Part shown: one piece after another, positions 1-10,352 of the stretch
Layout: the number at the start of each line of letters is the position of its first letter
How positions within the stretch are numbered: the stretch's first letter is position 1
Assembly (NCBI GenBank): GCA_963716255.1
Contig: OY970303.1
Span: 6,464,001-6,528,000, forward strand
Direction of reading: 5' to 3'
Length of the DNA: 64,000 bases
From: an uncultured Gemmatimonadales bacterium
Lineage (GTDB): Bacteria > Gemmatimonadota > Gemmatimonadetes > Longimicrobiales > Longimicrobiaceae
The notes under the pieces: model-generated
What the model was told of the DNA's origin: nothing
Databases searched by the model: none
The model's input: the letters and a program-made list of their open reading frames with translations, nothing else
Translations under genes and position numbers: made by a program

Positions 1-341
1 CCGTACTGCCACATCGCCGCGGCCCCCGCTGCGGAAACCACCGTCCCGATCCCGCCGAGCGCGAGCGCGTGCCGCGTGGGGTGGTCGGGGGCAAGCCGCG
101 CCGCCAGCCAGCACCCCGCGACGCCGAAGACGACGCGGTACGCCGTCGCGAGCAGGAACAGCCCATCCGCCATGATCTCGGGAAAGGGCGGGTACACGCC
201 GGCCGCGTGCAGCACCGCGTCCGCCGCGGTGGAAAGGACGACGATCGCCACGAGTCCGGCGAGCACGGCGCCGGCGCGGCGGAGGGCGAGGCGCGGGCGG
301 CGGGTCCCGCCGAGGTCCAGGGTGCCGTTGAGGGTCGTCAT
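1..341 (-). CDS. Membrane protein, 3' end outside window; fifth gene of the ArsR-SRPBCC operon
   Basis: Manual translation from ATG at 341: MTTLNGTLDLGGTRRPRLALRRAGAVLAGLVAIVVLSTAADAVLHAAGVYPPFPEIMADGLFLLATAYRVVFGVAGCWLAARLAPDHPTRHALALGGIG...; several hydrophobic helices, GGAGA RBS; not in ORF track because it has no stop in the window. Confidence 0.75.
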   Translation of the reverse strand, partial: MTTLNGTLDLGGTRRPRLALRRAGAVLAGLVAIVVLSTAADAVLHAAGVYPPFPEIMADGLFLLATAYRVVFGVAGCWLAARLAPDHPTRHALALGGIGTVVSAAGAAAMWQY

Positions 342-477
342 GGTCGTGTCTCCGCGTGCGGCGTGAGTTCGGCTCCGGGCCGGTGCGGCCCTGCTCTCTC
401 GTGGAGTCGGAGCCGCCGCCGCGTCCTCGACATCGAAGGCCGCCCGCGGCGCGGACGGCCTTCGGCGCGGTCCGGGA

Positions 478-966
478 TCACATCGTCTTCAGGTGCGCCT
501 CCAGGCGGCGCAGCGTCTGGTTGCCCAGCTCCACGGCCCCGAACCGCTCCGCCTCCTGGCGGTGCGCCGCCGTGGCGAGCACCGTCCGCATGGTGACGCG
601 CGTCCGGCCGCCCAGGTCGTCGAACGTCACCGTCACCTGCATCAGCGCCGGGTCGTCGTCCATGTCGTGGCCGTGCGCGAACTCCAGGCGCTCGGGCCGC
701 ACGATCTCCCGGTAGACGATGCGGTTGGGATAGTCGGTGCCGTCCGGCCCGTGCATGGTGAACCGCCACCTGCCGCCCGGCCGTATGTCGATCTCGTGCA
801 CCGTGTTGCTGAAGCCGTCGGGACCCCACCAGTGCGGCAGGTGCTCCGGGTCCGTGTACGCGCGGAACACCAGCTCCCGCGGCGCGTCGAAGTCGCGCGT
901 GAGGACCAGCTCGCGGTCCGCCGTCGCGGAGGACGCGGTGTCCGCCGCCGTGTGTGCTGCTTCCAT
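478..966 (-). CDS. SRPBCC/AHSA1 (START-like) domain protein
   Basis: RELVLTRDFDAPRELVFRAYTDPEHLPHWWGP...DIRPGGRWRF family motifs. Confidence 0.9.
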   Translation of the reverse strand: MEAAHTAADTASSATADRELVLTRDFDAPRELVFRAYTDPEHLPHWWGPDGFSNTVHEIDIRPGGRWRFTMHGPDGTDYPNRIVYREIVRPERLEFAHGHDMDDDPALMQVTVTFDDLGGRTRVTMRTVLATAAHRQEAERFGAVELGNQTLRRLEAHLKTM

Positions 967-1003
967 GGGGATTCTCCCGGGTGGGGGTTGGATGGGTGAG
1001 TGT

Positions 1004-1510
1004 TCAGGCGCGTTCGTCCCGCAGCCCGGCGACCAGCTCCGCCAGGCGGTCCAGCGTCGCGGACCACCCGCCGAAGGCGCCGGAGCCCGCCCAGCCGGCG
1101 TAGTCCTCCGGCGTCCCGAAGACGATGCTCATCCGCACCGTGGTCCGCCCGTCCTCCTCCTCCCAGGTCGCCGTCTCCACCGCCTCGTGCCCCGGCATGG
1201 ACTCCAGCCCCCAGCTGTTCACGATGCGGGCGGGGGGAACCACCTCGCGGTACACCCCCGCGAACGCGACCTCGCCTCCGTCCGGCCCCCGCATGACGTA
1301 GCGGAAGGCGCCGCCCGGCCGCAGGTCGATCTCGCAGGTGGTGAGCGTCGTGCCCCGCGGCCCGTACCAGCGCGCCACGTGCTCCGGCCGGGTCATGGCT
1401 TCCCACACCAGCTCGCGCGGCGCGTCGAAGACGCGCGTGGCCGTGGCCTCGCGGTTGCCGGGATCGGTGGAGGCGGGCGCCGGGCCCGCGCCGGGAAAGG
1501 AGGTGATCAT
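1004..1510 (-). CDS. SRPBCC/AHSA1 domain protein
   Basis: TRVFDAPRELVWEAMTRPEHVARWYGP...DLRPGGAFRY; start trimmed to ATG 1510 overlapping upstream stop. Confidence 0.88.
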   Translation of the reverse strand: MITSFPGAGPAPASTDPGNREATATRVFDAPRELVWEAMTRPEHVARWYGPRGTTLTTCEIDLRPGGAFRYVMRGPDGGEVAFAGVYREVVPPARIVNSWGLESMPGHEAVETATWEEEDGRTTVRMSIVFGTPEDYAGWAGSGAFGGWSATLDRLAELVAGLRDERA

Positions 1511-2031
1511 CGGTCGTCTCCGGCGGGAGTGTGGGAGGCGGCCAGCAGCGCCGCCAGGCGGTCCAGCGATTCGGTCCAGCCCTGCACCTCGCCCTGGTCC
1601 TCGGCCAGGCCGGCGTGGCGCGCGGTGAGCAGCGTCCCACCGGTGCCGTGCACGTCGAGCGTCACCCGGATCGTCATCTCGGCGGGAAAGCCCGGTCGCT
1701 CCACCCGGTTTCCCTCCGCGTCCGAGAACCAGCAGGTGAACGCCACGCGCTCCGGCGCCGCGACTTCCTGGTACTCGCCGCGCACCCACACGTCCGGGTG
1801 GTCGGGGAAGCGGTGGCAGAAGTGCAGCATCCCGCCCGGCCGCGCGTCCAGCGTGCAGAAGGGAAGGGAGGAGCCCGCCGGCCCCCACCAGCGGGCGAAG
1901 TGCGCGGTCTCGGTCCAGGCGCGGAACACAAGCTCGCGCGGCGCGTCGAGCAGCCGCGTCACCACCAGCTCGCCGCCGTCCCACGCCGCGGGCGCGGCGG
2001 CCGGCGCCCCGCTATTCGCTGCTGCCGTCAT
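1507..2031 (-). CDS. SRPBCC/AHSA1 domain protein
   Basis: ELVVTRLLDAPRELVFRAWTE...WWGP...DARPGG...GWTESLDRL. Confidence 0.88.
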   Translation of the reverse strand: MTAAANSGAPAAAPAAWDGGELVVTRLLDAPRELVFRAWTETAHFARWWGPAGSSLPFCTLDARPGGMLHFCHRFPDHPDVWVRGEYQEVAAPERVAFTCWFSDAEGNRVERPGFPAEMTIRVTLDVHGTGGTLLTARHAGLAEDQGEVQGWTESLDRLAALLAASHTPAGDDR

Positions 2032-2365
2032 CGGTCTTCTCCCTGTGTTGGAGTTCACGGAGGTACACGTCCAGCCGTTCGAAGCTTTCCTCCCAGTGCC
2101 GCCGGTACTGCTCCACCCAGTCGTCCACCTCGCGGAGCGGGTTTGCCCGCAGCCGGCAGGGCCGCCACTGCGCCTCCCGTCCCCGCTCGATGAGCCCGGC
2201 GCGCTCCAGCACCTTGAGGTGCTTGGACACCGCTGGGAGGCTCATGTCGAACGGCTCCGCCAGCTCCGTGACCGACGCCTCGCCCGACGCCAGCCGGGCC
2301 AGGATCGCCCGCCGGGTGGGGTCGGCGAGCGCCGCGAAGATGGTGCTGAGGTGGTCAGGTGGCAT
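2012..2365 (-). CDS. ArsR/SmtB family transcriptional regulator
   Basis: FAALADPTRRAILARL...SVTELAEPFDMSLPAVSKHLKVLERAGLI. Confidence 0.93.
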   Translation of the reverse strand: MPPDHLSTIFAALADPTRRAILARLASGEASVTELAEPFDMSLPAVSKHLKVLERAGLIERGREAQWRPCRLRANPLREVDDWVEQYRRHWEESFERLDVYLRELQHREKTDDGSSE

Positions 2366-2371
2366 CTGTGA

Positions 2372-2427
2372 AACCTAATGGTTAATTAACCTATCGGTAA
2401 ATTAAAGGGTAGCCTTCCGGCTGTCAA
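2372..2427 (-). promoter_or_regulatory. Sigma70-like promoter with two tandem AACC-N4-GGT(T/A) palindromes, likely ArsR autoregulatory operators
   Basis: Minus strand TTGACA (2427-2422) - 17 bp - TAATTT (2404-2399); palindromes AACCTAATGGTT and TTAACCTATCGGTAA between promoter and ATG. Confidence 0.7.
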
Positions 2428-2486
2428 GGAAATCGACGACGTGACTAAAGAGCAGTTCACGTGCTCCGCACTGCCGATCCTCGTGC

Positions 2487-2515
2487 TTGACACGCCACGA
2501 CGAAAAGTACAGAAT
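2487..2515 (+). promoter_or_regulatory. Sigma70-like promoter for the lipoprotein pair
   Basis: TTGACA - 17 bp - CAGAAT. Confidence 0.6.
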
Positions 2516-2596
2516 CTTCGAACAGTTCTTTGCGGACATTTGGCGCATCGGGCTTCGGGTCCGGCTCGCCACTCCCTCCATGCGCGGAGTACGCCC

Positions 2597-3446
2597 ATGT
2601 CCAGCAGGACGCCCATTCTTCGATGGATCTTCACGACAGCAATCATCGGGACCGTGCTGAGTGCCTGTGCGGATGCGCCGACCCGACCCATGTCCGCGTC
2701 TCTGCCCCTGTACGAGGCTGGACAGGGCACGCAGATCGGATCGGAGCCTGTCCCGTCTCCGTTGCCGCCCGGTGATCCCGGCGGCGCCACTACCCAGGGT
2801 TGTGGAGGATCAGCAGGAAGCCGTAGTGGACCCGGCGACCGCCGAACTGGTCCCGTGTCCGCTGCCGGGTCTGGTGGTGACTGCTCCTCCGCCGGAACCG
2901 CCGCCGCCCCCTCCGTCTGACGAGCCGCCGCCGCCGGGGGGCGGTGGAACTCCTCCGTCCACCGAAGGCGTGTGTGACCCGACCGTAGACTGGGATCCGG
3001 ACTGTCCCCCACCTCCGGTCTGCGGCTATCTCGTATCGGCGGCCGGAGAGTGCATCCCTCTTCCAGGGCCGGATGAGCAGGATGAGATCGTCAGCGAGGC
3101 GGAAGCCGCGGCGCGTCCTTGCCCCAACGTGAACGAGCACACACTCTGGTATCAGGAAGAAGTTCCCGAAGATCCGGACGGCGAGATGGCCCACTTCCGC
3201 TTCGAGAAAGGCTACCTTTCAAAAGTGGAAGACCTCGCTGTCGGGTTCTTGATTTCACGGGCGAAGTACTACAACAAGCGGGACATCGTGAGCGAGAACT
3301 TCGCCCGGTGGGTCATGCGGCCGGGGTACATCAACGTGATCTGCACCATGAAGGCGAGGATTCCACTCACGGCCGGCAGGTCGTACATCCGGTGGTCTCT
3401 CATCAAGGATGGAAGCTACGATGGAACGATCGAAAGACTACGCTAG
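2597..3446 (+). pseudogene. Pro/Cys-rich lipoprotein interrupted by a +1 frameshift near 2770 (pseudogene or assembly error)
   Basis: Frame 2 gives signal and lipobox MSSRTPILRWIFTTAIIGTVLSAC; frame 3 continues VIPAAPLPRVVED...CPLPGLVVTAPPP... to stop 3446; removing one base in ccgcccggtg joins them. Confidence 0.55.
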
Positions 3447-3918
3447 GCGCCGCTTCGGTGTCCTGCGTCTGACGGGTCTGATCGCTGCCGTCGTTCTCGG
3501 CTCATGCGATGGAATCACTCAAGCGCGTCCGGTCAGGGGAGCCGGGCCGGAGACATCTTCTGCCCCCCGGGAGGAAAAGATGGGCAAGCTCCCTGTTTCC
3601 ATGCGGAGCGCGTTTTCCGTCGAGGAGGTTTCTGCGGCGTCGCTCGTGCTCGCCAAGAACAACGAGGCGTATGCACGGGAGCTCACGGATGCCCTCATGG
3701 GCGGGTCGCTGGACGTGGACGACGAGTTCCTCACCATCCTCGCCATGATGTCCGACGACCTCGCGGTGCGGGTGGGAGGGCTGCGCGGGCTCACGCCGGA
3801 ACAGTCCGTTGAATGGACGGGAGGTCTCCTGAAGGAGCACGGCCACCCGACGACGTGGAAAGTCGAGTGGGTGGACGAAGAAGAAGACGACGAGGCCGTC
3901 CCACCCCCCGATCCGTGA
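3421..3918 (+). CDS. Hypothetical lipoprotein
   Basis: RRRFGVLRLTGLIAAVVLGSC lipobox-like N-terminus; overlaps the end of the upstream gene; acidic C-terminus. Confidence 0.6.
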   Translation: MERSKDYARRRFGVLRLTGLIAAVVLGSCDGITQARPVRGAGPETSSAPREEKMGKLPVSMRSAFSVEEVSAASLVLAKNNEAYARELTDALMGGSLDVDDEFLTILAMMSDDLAVRVGGLRGLTPEQSVEWTGGLLKEHGHPTTWKVEWVDEEEDDEAVPPPDP

Positions 3919-4148
3919 CTTCGTGAGCCGACACCGCCCGCTCGGCCCATCGGCGACAGGCACGCCGGCCGCGGGTGGGCGGCGCTCCGACGCGTGGGGC
4001 GCCGCCCCACCGCCGTCGCGGACGATCCCCTACTTCCTGCCCCGGCACCCTCCCCCTACATTCCCGCCCCATCGCGCCGCGGCCCGGCCCCACGCCGGAG
4101 CCACGTCCGCACTCCCGCACTTTCGAACTCCCGCCCTTCCGCAAAACC

Positions 4149-6257
4149 ATGCTCGACGCGCTCCTCCGGCCCCGCTCCGTCGCCGTCGTGGGCGCCAGCC
4201 GCACGCCCGACACCATCGGCTACCAGATCCTGGACAACCTGGTGCGGCACGGCTTCACCGGCGCCGTGTACCCGGTGAACCCCTCCGCCGCGTCCGTCCA
4301 CTCCATCCGCGCCTATGCTTCGGTGGAGGACGTTCCCGAGCCGGTGGACCTGGCCGTGGTGGTGGTGCCCAAGCAGCACGTGCAGGCCGTCGCCGAGGCG
4401 TGCGGGCGCAAGGGCGTGGGGGCGATGGTGGTGATCTCCGCCGGCTTCCGGGAGATCGGCGGGGCGGGGGTGGAGCGCGAGCGCGAGCTGGTGGCGACGG
4501 TGAGGAAGCACGGGATGCGGCTGGTGGGCCCCAACTGCATGGGGGTCATGAACACCGAGCCCGGCGTGTCCATGAACGCCACCTTCGCGCCCACCATGCC
4601 CCCGGCCGGCCCCGTCGCCTTCCTCAGCCAGTCCGGGGCGATGGGCGTCACCATCCTGGACTACGCCTCCGAGTACGGCATCGGCATCTCGCAGTTCGTG
4701 TCCGTGGGCAACAAGCCCGACGTGAGCGGCAACGACCTGGTGCAGTACTGGGCCGACGACGAGCGCACCGGCGTCATCCTCATGTACCTGGAGAACTTCG
4801 GCAACCCGCGCCGCTTCACCCAGCTGGCGCGCGAGATCACCCGCCGCAAGCCCATCATCGCGGTGAAGTCCGGGCGCACCGGGGCCGGCGCCCGCGCCGC
4901 CTCCTCGCACACCGGCGCGCTGGCCGGAACCGACGCCGCCACCGACGCCCTGCTGCGGCAGTGCGGCGTCCTGCGCGCCGAGACGGTGGAGGAGATGTTC
5001 GACCTGGCGATGGCCTTTTCCCACCAGCCCATCCCCCGCGGCAACCGCGTCGCCATCGTCACCAACGCAGGGGGCCCGGGGATCATCATCGCCGACGCCT
5101 GCGAGGCGCACGGGCTGGAGGTGGTGGAGCTGACGGAAGCCACCCGGGCCCACCTGGCGGCCCACTTCCCCGAGGAAGCGTCGCTGCGCAACCCGGTGGA
5201 CATGATCGCCTCCGCCAGGGCGCAGAGCTACCGCGTCGCCGTGGAGGCCGTGCTCGCCGATCCCGGCGTGGACGCCGTGATCGCCACCTTCGTCCCGCCG
5301 CTGGGCGTGCGCCAGGAGGACGTCGCCGAGGCCATCGTGGACGTGGCCGCCGGCCAGCGGGAAAAGCCGGTGCTCGCCGTGCTGATGGGGCGCCAGGGGC
5401 TGCCGCAGGGCCTCGCCGAGCTGAACGCCGCCGGCATCCCCGGCTACCGCTTCCCCGAGTCCGCCGTGCGCGCCCTCGCCGCCATGTACCGCCAGCGCCG
5501 CTGGCTGGAGCGCCCCGTGGGCCGGGTGCGCACCTTCCCCGTGGACCGCGCCGCCGTGGCCGCCATCCTGGAGGCGGCCCGCGCCGCGGGCCGCGAGAAG
5601 CTGTCCGAGACCGAGGTGATGCGCGTGCTGGAGGCGTACGGCATCCCCGTCGCCCCGTACGCCGTCGCGCGCACCGCGGACGAGGCGGAGGCCGCCGCCG
5701 CGGCGATCGGCTGGCCGGTGGTGCTCAAGGTCCTGTCGCCGCGCATCGTCCACAAGTCGGACGTGGGCGGCGTGGTGGTGGGCGTGGAGGACGCCGCGGG
5801 GGTGCGGGCGGCCTTCGCGCGCCTGACCACGGAGGTGCCGGAGCGGGCGGGGATCGGGGCGGGGGAGGTGGAGGGCGTGCTGGTGCAGAAGATGGTGTCG
5901 GGCGGGCGGGAGACCATCGTGGGGATGCACACCGACCCGCAGTTCGGGCCGCTGCTGATGTTCGGCCTGGGCGGGATCTACGTGGAGGCGCTGGGCGACG
6001 TGGTCTTCCGCGTCACCCCCGTGTCCGACGTGGACGCGCACGAGATGGTGCGCTCCATCCGCGGCGCCGCGCTCCTGGCCGGCGTCCGCGGCGAGGCCCC
6101 CGCGGACCTGGCCGCCGTGGAGGAGGTCATCCAGCGCATCGGCCAGCTGGTGGACGACCACGACGCCATCCGCGAGCTGGACGTGAACCCCTGGCTCGCC
6201 TTCGCGGAGGGCGGAGTGGCCGTGGACGGCCGCATCTCCGTGCGCCTGGCGCCATGA
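4149..6257 (+). CDS. ADP-forming acyl-CoA synthetase family (CoA-binding, ligase, ATP-grasp)
   Basis: LLRPRSVAVVGAS, GPNCMG, SQSGA, ASSHTGALAG phospho-His, HKSDVGGV, DPQFGP, ELDVNP. Confidence 0.92.
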   Translation: MLDALLRPRSVAVVGASRTPDTIGYQILDNLVRHGFTGAVYPVNPSAASVHSIRAYASVEDVPEPVDLAVVVVPKQHVQAVAEACGRKGVGAMVVISAGFREIGGAGVERERELVATVRKHGMRLVGPNCMGVMNTEPGVSMNATFAPTMPPAGPVAFLSQSGAMGVTILDYASEYGIGISQFVSVGNKPDVSGNDLVQYWADDERTGVILMYLENFGNPRRFTQLAREITRRKPIIAVKSGRTGAGARAASSHTGALAGTDAATDALLRQCGVLRAETVEEMFDLAMAFSHQPIPRGNRVAIVTNAGGPGIIIADACEAHGLEVVELTEATRAHLAAHFPEEASLRNPVDMIASARAQSYRVAVEAVLADPGVDAVIATFVPPLGVRQEDVAEAIVDVAAGQREKPVLAVLMGRQGLPQGLAELNAAGIPGYRFPESAVRALAAMYRQRRWLERPVGRVRTFPVDRAAVAAILEAARAAGREKLSETEVMRVLEAYGIPVAPYAVARTADEAEAAAAAIGWPVVLKVLSPRIVHKSDVGGVVVGVEDAAGVRAAFARLTTEVPERAGIGAGEVEGVLVQKMVSGGRETIVGMHTDPQFGPLLMFGLGGIYVEALGDVVFRVTPVSDVDAHEMVRSIRGAALLAGVRGEAPADLAAVEEVIQRIGQLVDDHDAIRELDVNPWLAFAEGGVAVDGRISVRLAP

Positions 6258-6339
6258 AGCCGCTCCCGCTGGCCCGCCGCGCGGCGGCGCAGTAGATTGC
6301 CCGCCGGACCGAGTCCCTTTTTCAACAGGATGGAATCCC

Positions 6340-6465
6340 GTGAGCGAGTCCGCACTCCTTGTCCTGCGCAACGCCGGCGTCTTCGGCCTGGTCACCCTGG
6401 CCATCTACGGCGCCTGCCTGCTGATGATCCGCGTGGAGGACAACCGCGCCAAGCGCCGCAAGTAG
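6340..6465 (+). CDS. Small 41-aa single-pass membrane protein
   Basis: GTG...TAG: MSESALLVLRNAGVFGLVTLAIYGACLLMIRVEDNRAKRRK; GC-rich third positions; AGGA upstream. Confidence 0.6.
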   Translation: MSESALLVLRNAGVFGLVTLAIYGACLLMIRVEDNRAKRRK

Positions 6466-6590
6466 CCCCGGCCGGCCCGTCGCGCCGCACGCCGCCCCCG
6501 CCCGGACTCGTCCGCGCGGGGGCGTTCGCGTGCCGGCGGCCCGCCGTTGTCGTTGCCGTTCCGCAGTACCCCCCAGAGTCTGTTCGGAGG

Positions 6591-6703
6591 GAGACTCGCC
6601 GGTAGTTTGGCGAGGCTCACTCCGGCGCAGGGAGACCCGGGGGCAGTTTCCCGGGGCTCCCGGAGCCCGCGTAGGAAACAGGCCGGCAGTTTGGCCTGGT
6701 TCC
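6591..6703. repeat. Three tandem covarying hairpins with identical architecture (candidate ncRNA or DNA hairpin array)
   Basis: GAGA-CTCGCC-GGTAGTTT-GGCGAG-GCTC; GGAGA-CCCGGG-GGCAGTTT-CCCGGG-GCTCC; GGAAA-CAGGCC-GGCAGTTT-GGCCTG-GTTCC. Confidence 0.8.
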
Positions 6704-6872
6704 GGAGCGGTCCCCCGCACCCAACCAGCTACTCACCTGCAGATATGGACGAGGACGGGAACTCGCGCGCCGGGTCCGATCGTATTACACTAGCACCAGG
6801 GGCGCGCCGGAGTGGCCGGTGGACAACGGCCGGCGCCGGGCGCCCGAGTTCCCGTTCCAGCAAGGAGGTTGC

Positions 6873-7121
6873 ATGAGAAAGCCCATCAGCAAGCACGCCC
6901 TTCGCCGCGCCATGGAGAGAGTCCAGGGCGAAGGACTTGTCACATGGAGCGATCCGACGGGGTCGGTGATCGACCGCGTCTGGCACGAGCTGGAAAAGGA
7001 AGCGTTCGGCGCAAAGAAGCCCAGCGGGCGCGACTCCGCGCGCCGGGGGCACGTCCCGGCCCTGGTGGGCGCGCCGGACGAGACCCTGGAGACGGACGAG
7101 CTGGAGGTGGAGCAGGAGTAG
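6873..7121 (+). CDS. Small hypothetical protein (82 aa)
   Basis: Strong AAGGAGG RBS before ATG; MRKPISKHALRRAMERVQGEGLVTWSDP..., acidic tail. Confidence 0.7.
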   Translation: MRKPISKHALRRAMERVQGEGLVTWSDPTGSVIDRVWHELEKEAFGAKKPSGRDSARRGHVPALVGAPDETLETDELEVEQE

Positions 7122-7158
7122 CCGGCCGCGCGCAGCCGTCCACCGCGCCGAGGGCTCG

Positions 7159-8417
7159 TTGAGCCGCTCCGCGGGCGCGTCGGGGAGCCCCGGGAAGTCC
7201 CGGGGCTCCCTTCGCGCGGAGGTCCTCTTCAACCTCGCCTTCCTGGCCTTCGCGGCCGTCGTCCTCGCCCTCTGGACCGCCTCCGTCCTCGACGTCGCCG
7301 CCATGGGCGCGCGCGGGGCGCTGGGCGCCATCCTCCTCCTCGCGGCCGCCGACGTGGCGGTGTTCGCGCTGCTGGGGAGCTACCTGCTGGGGCGGCTGGT
7401 GGTCCGCCCCCTTTCCGAGGCCGCCGACGCCGCCACCGCCATCGCCGACGGCGACTACCAGCGCCGCGTCCCCGGGGGCGGCACCCGCGAGATGGACGCC
7501 CTCGCCGCCGCGCTCAACCGCCTCACCGACCAGATGCTCCACAACCAGACCCGGCTGGCCGAGAACGTCCGCTCGCTGGACGAGACCAACCGCCTGCTGG
7601 TGGCCACCCAGAGCGACCTGGTGCAGGCCGAGAAGCTGGCCGGCATCGGCCGGCTGGCGGCCGGCGTGGCGCACGAGGTGGGGAACCCGCTGGGGGCGCT
7701 GATGGGCTACGCCGGCATCCTGCGCCGCCGCGGCGGCGACGCCGAGATGCTCGACGGCGTGGAGCGCGAGGCGCGCCGCATCGACCGCATCGTCCGCTCG
7801 CTCCTGCAGTACGCGCGGCCGCACCCCGGGGAGCGCGAGCGCGAGCCGGTGGACGTCAACGCCTCCCTGCTGCGGGTGGTGGAGCTGCTCCGGCAGCAGG
7901 GGCGGCTCGCCGACGTGGAGGTACGCCTCCAGCTCGCCCCCGGCCTTCCCCTCATCGACGCCGTGGCCCACGACGTGGACCAGGTGTTCGTCAACCTGGT
8001 CGCCAACGCCGAGCTGGCCATGGAGGGGCGCGGCGTGCTCACCGTCAACACCACGCTTCGCCGCTTCGAGCCCGCGCGGCGCATCCCGCCCCGCCGCGCC
8101 GACGACCCGCCGGGGGTGGACTACAGCCACCTGCGCCGCCCGCGGCACGGCTCGCAGCGCGACGCCCACCGGCTGGAGCCGGGGGACGAGATCGTGCAGG
8201 TGGTGGTCGCCGACACCGGGCCCGGGATTCCCCCCGAGCTGGTGGAGGCCGTGTTCGACCCCTTCTTCACCACCCGCCAGCCCGGCGAGGGGACCGGCCT
8301 GGGGCTCGCCATCGTCGCCAGCACGGTGACCGAGTTCGGCGGGCGCGTGGAGGTCACCTCCGCAAACGGCGGGGGCGCGGTGTTCACCCTTTCCTTTCCC
8401 ACCGGCAGGGAGCCATC

Positions 8418-8421
<4 letters not shown>
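7159..8421 (+). CDS. Sensor histidine kinase (2 TM, HAMP, HisKA, HATPase), PilS-like by context
   Basis: EKLAGIGRLAAGVAHEVGNP H-box; QVFVNLVANA; DTGPGI; FDPFFTT; GTGLGL. Confidence 0.92.
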
Positions 8422-9779
<1,358 letters not shown>

Positions 9780-9811
9780 TCGACAACGGCCTGAACTGAA
9801 ACTGCGGGTTC

Positions 9812-10017
9812 GGGCGTGCCCCCGGCTGGCGCCGGGGTCGGGCTTCGGCTCCGTAACGCACGAAACAACCGTGCGTAACGGAGTCGAGCCCGCGCAAACT
9901 GCGCGCGGTCTCGCCCCTTCGGGCCGAAATCCCTCACGCGGTCTCGCGCTGGCGTCCGTGGGAGGCCCCCACCCGGCTCGCTTAGGCTCGCCACCCTCCC
10001 CCAATTCTGGGGGAGGG
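9812..10017 (+). repeat. Structured dispersed element copy 1 (Flavo-1-like core 9812-9939 plus REP-like tail)
   Basis: GGGCGTGCCCCCGGCTGGCGCCGGGGTCGGGCTTCGG...CCGAAATCCCTCACGC, also at 30506 and 35296. Confidence 0.85.
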
Positions 10018-10352
10018 TTTTCTGTCGTTCAGGAATCTGCGCAGGGAGGTCGGGGGAGGGTCCGCAGGCGGTGCGTTTGTTCGAAGCCAGCGTGATCCCG
10101 CGGGCTTGCTCCACCGGTCGGCGAGTTTCGCACCGCCGAAGGAGCCTCCCACGGCCGACCCCAGACACCGGAGCCCGCCGGAGCACATGCCGTCGTCAGC
10201 GCCGGGTGAGGGGCCGTTCGGAAGCCACAAAACAGAGGATTATCGGCAGGGATTCTCGATTACTTTAGACCATTGTGTACGCCCAAAACCGTGTTTACCT
10301 TCGCGCCTCCCGCCGTGCACTTCGTCCATTATTTCCCTCCCGGTATCCCCCC

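Noticed and set aside
6591..6703. Mini-CRISPR interpretation of the hairpin triplet
   Set aside because: Stems differ between units, linkers are too short for spacers and no cas genes are present.
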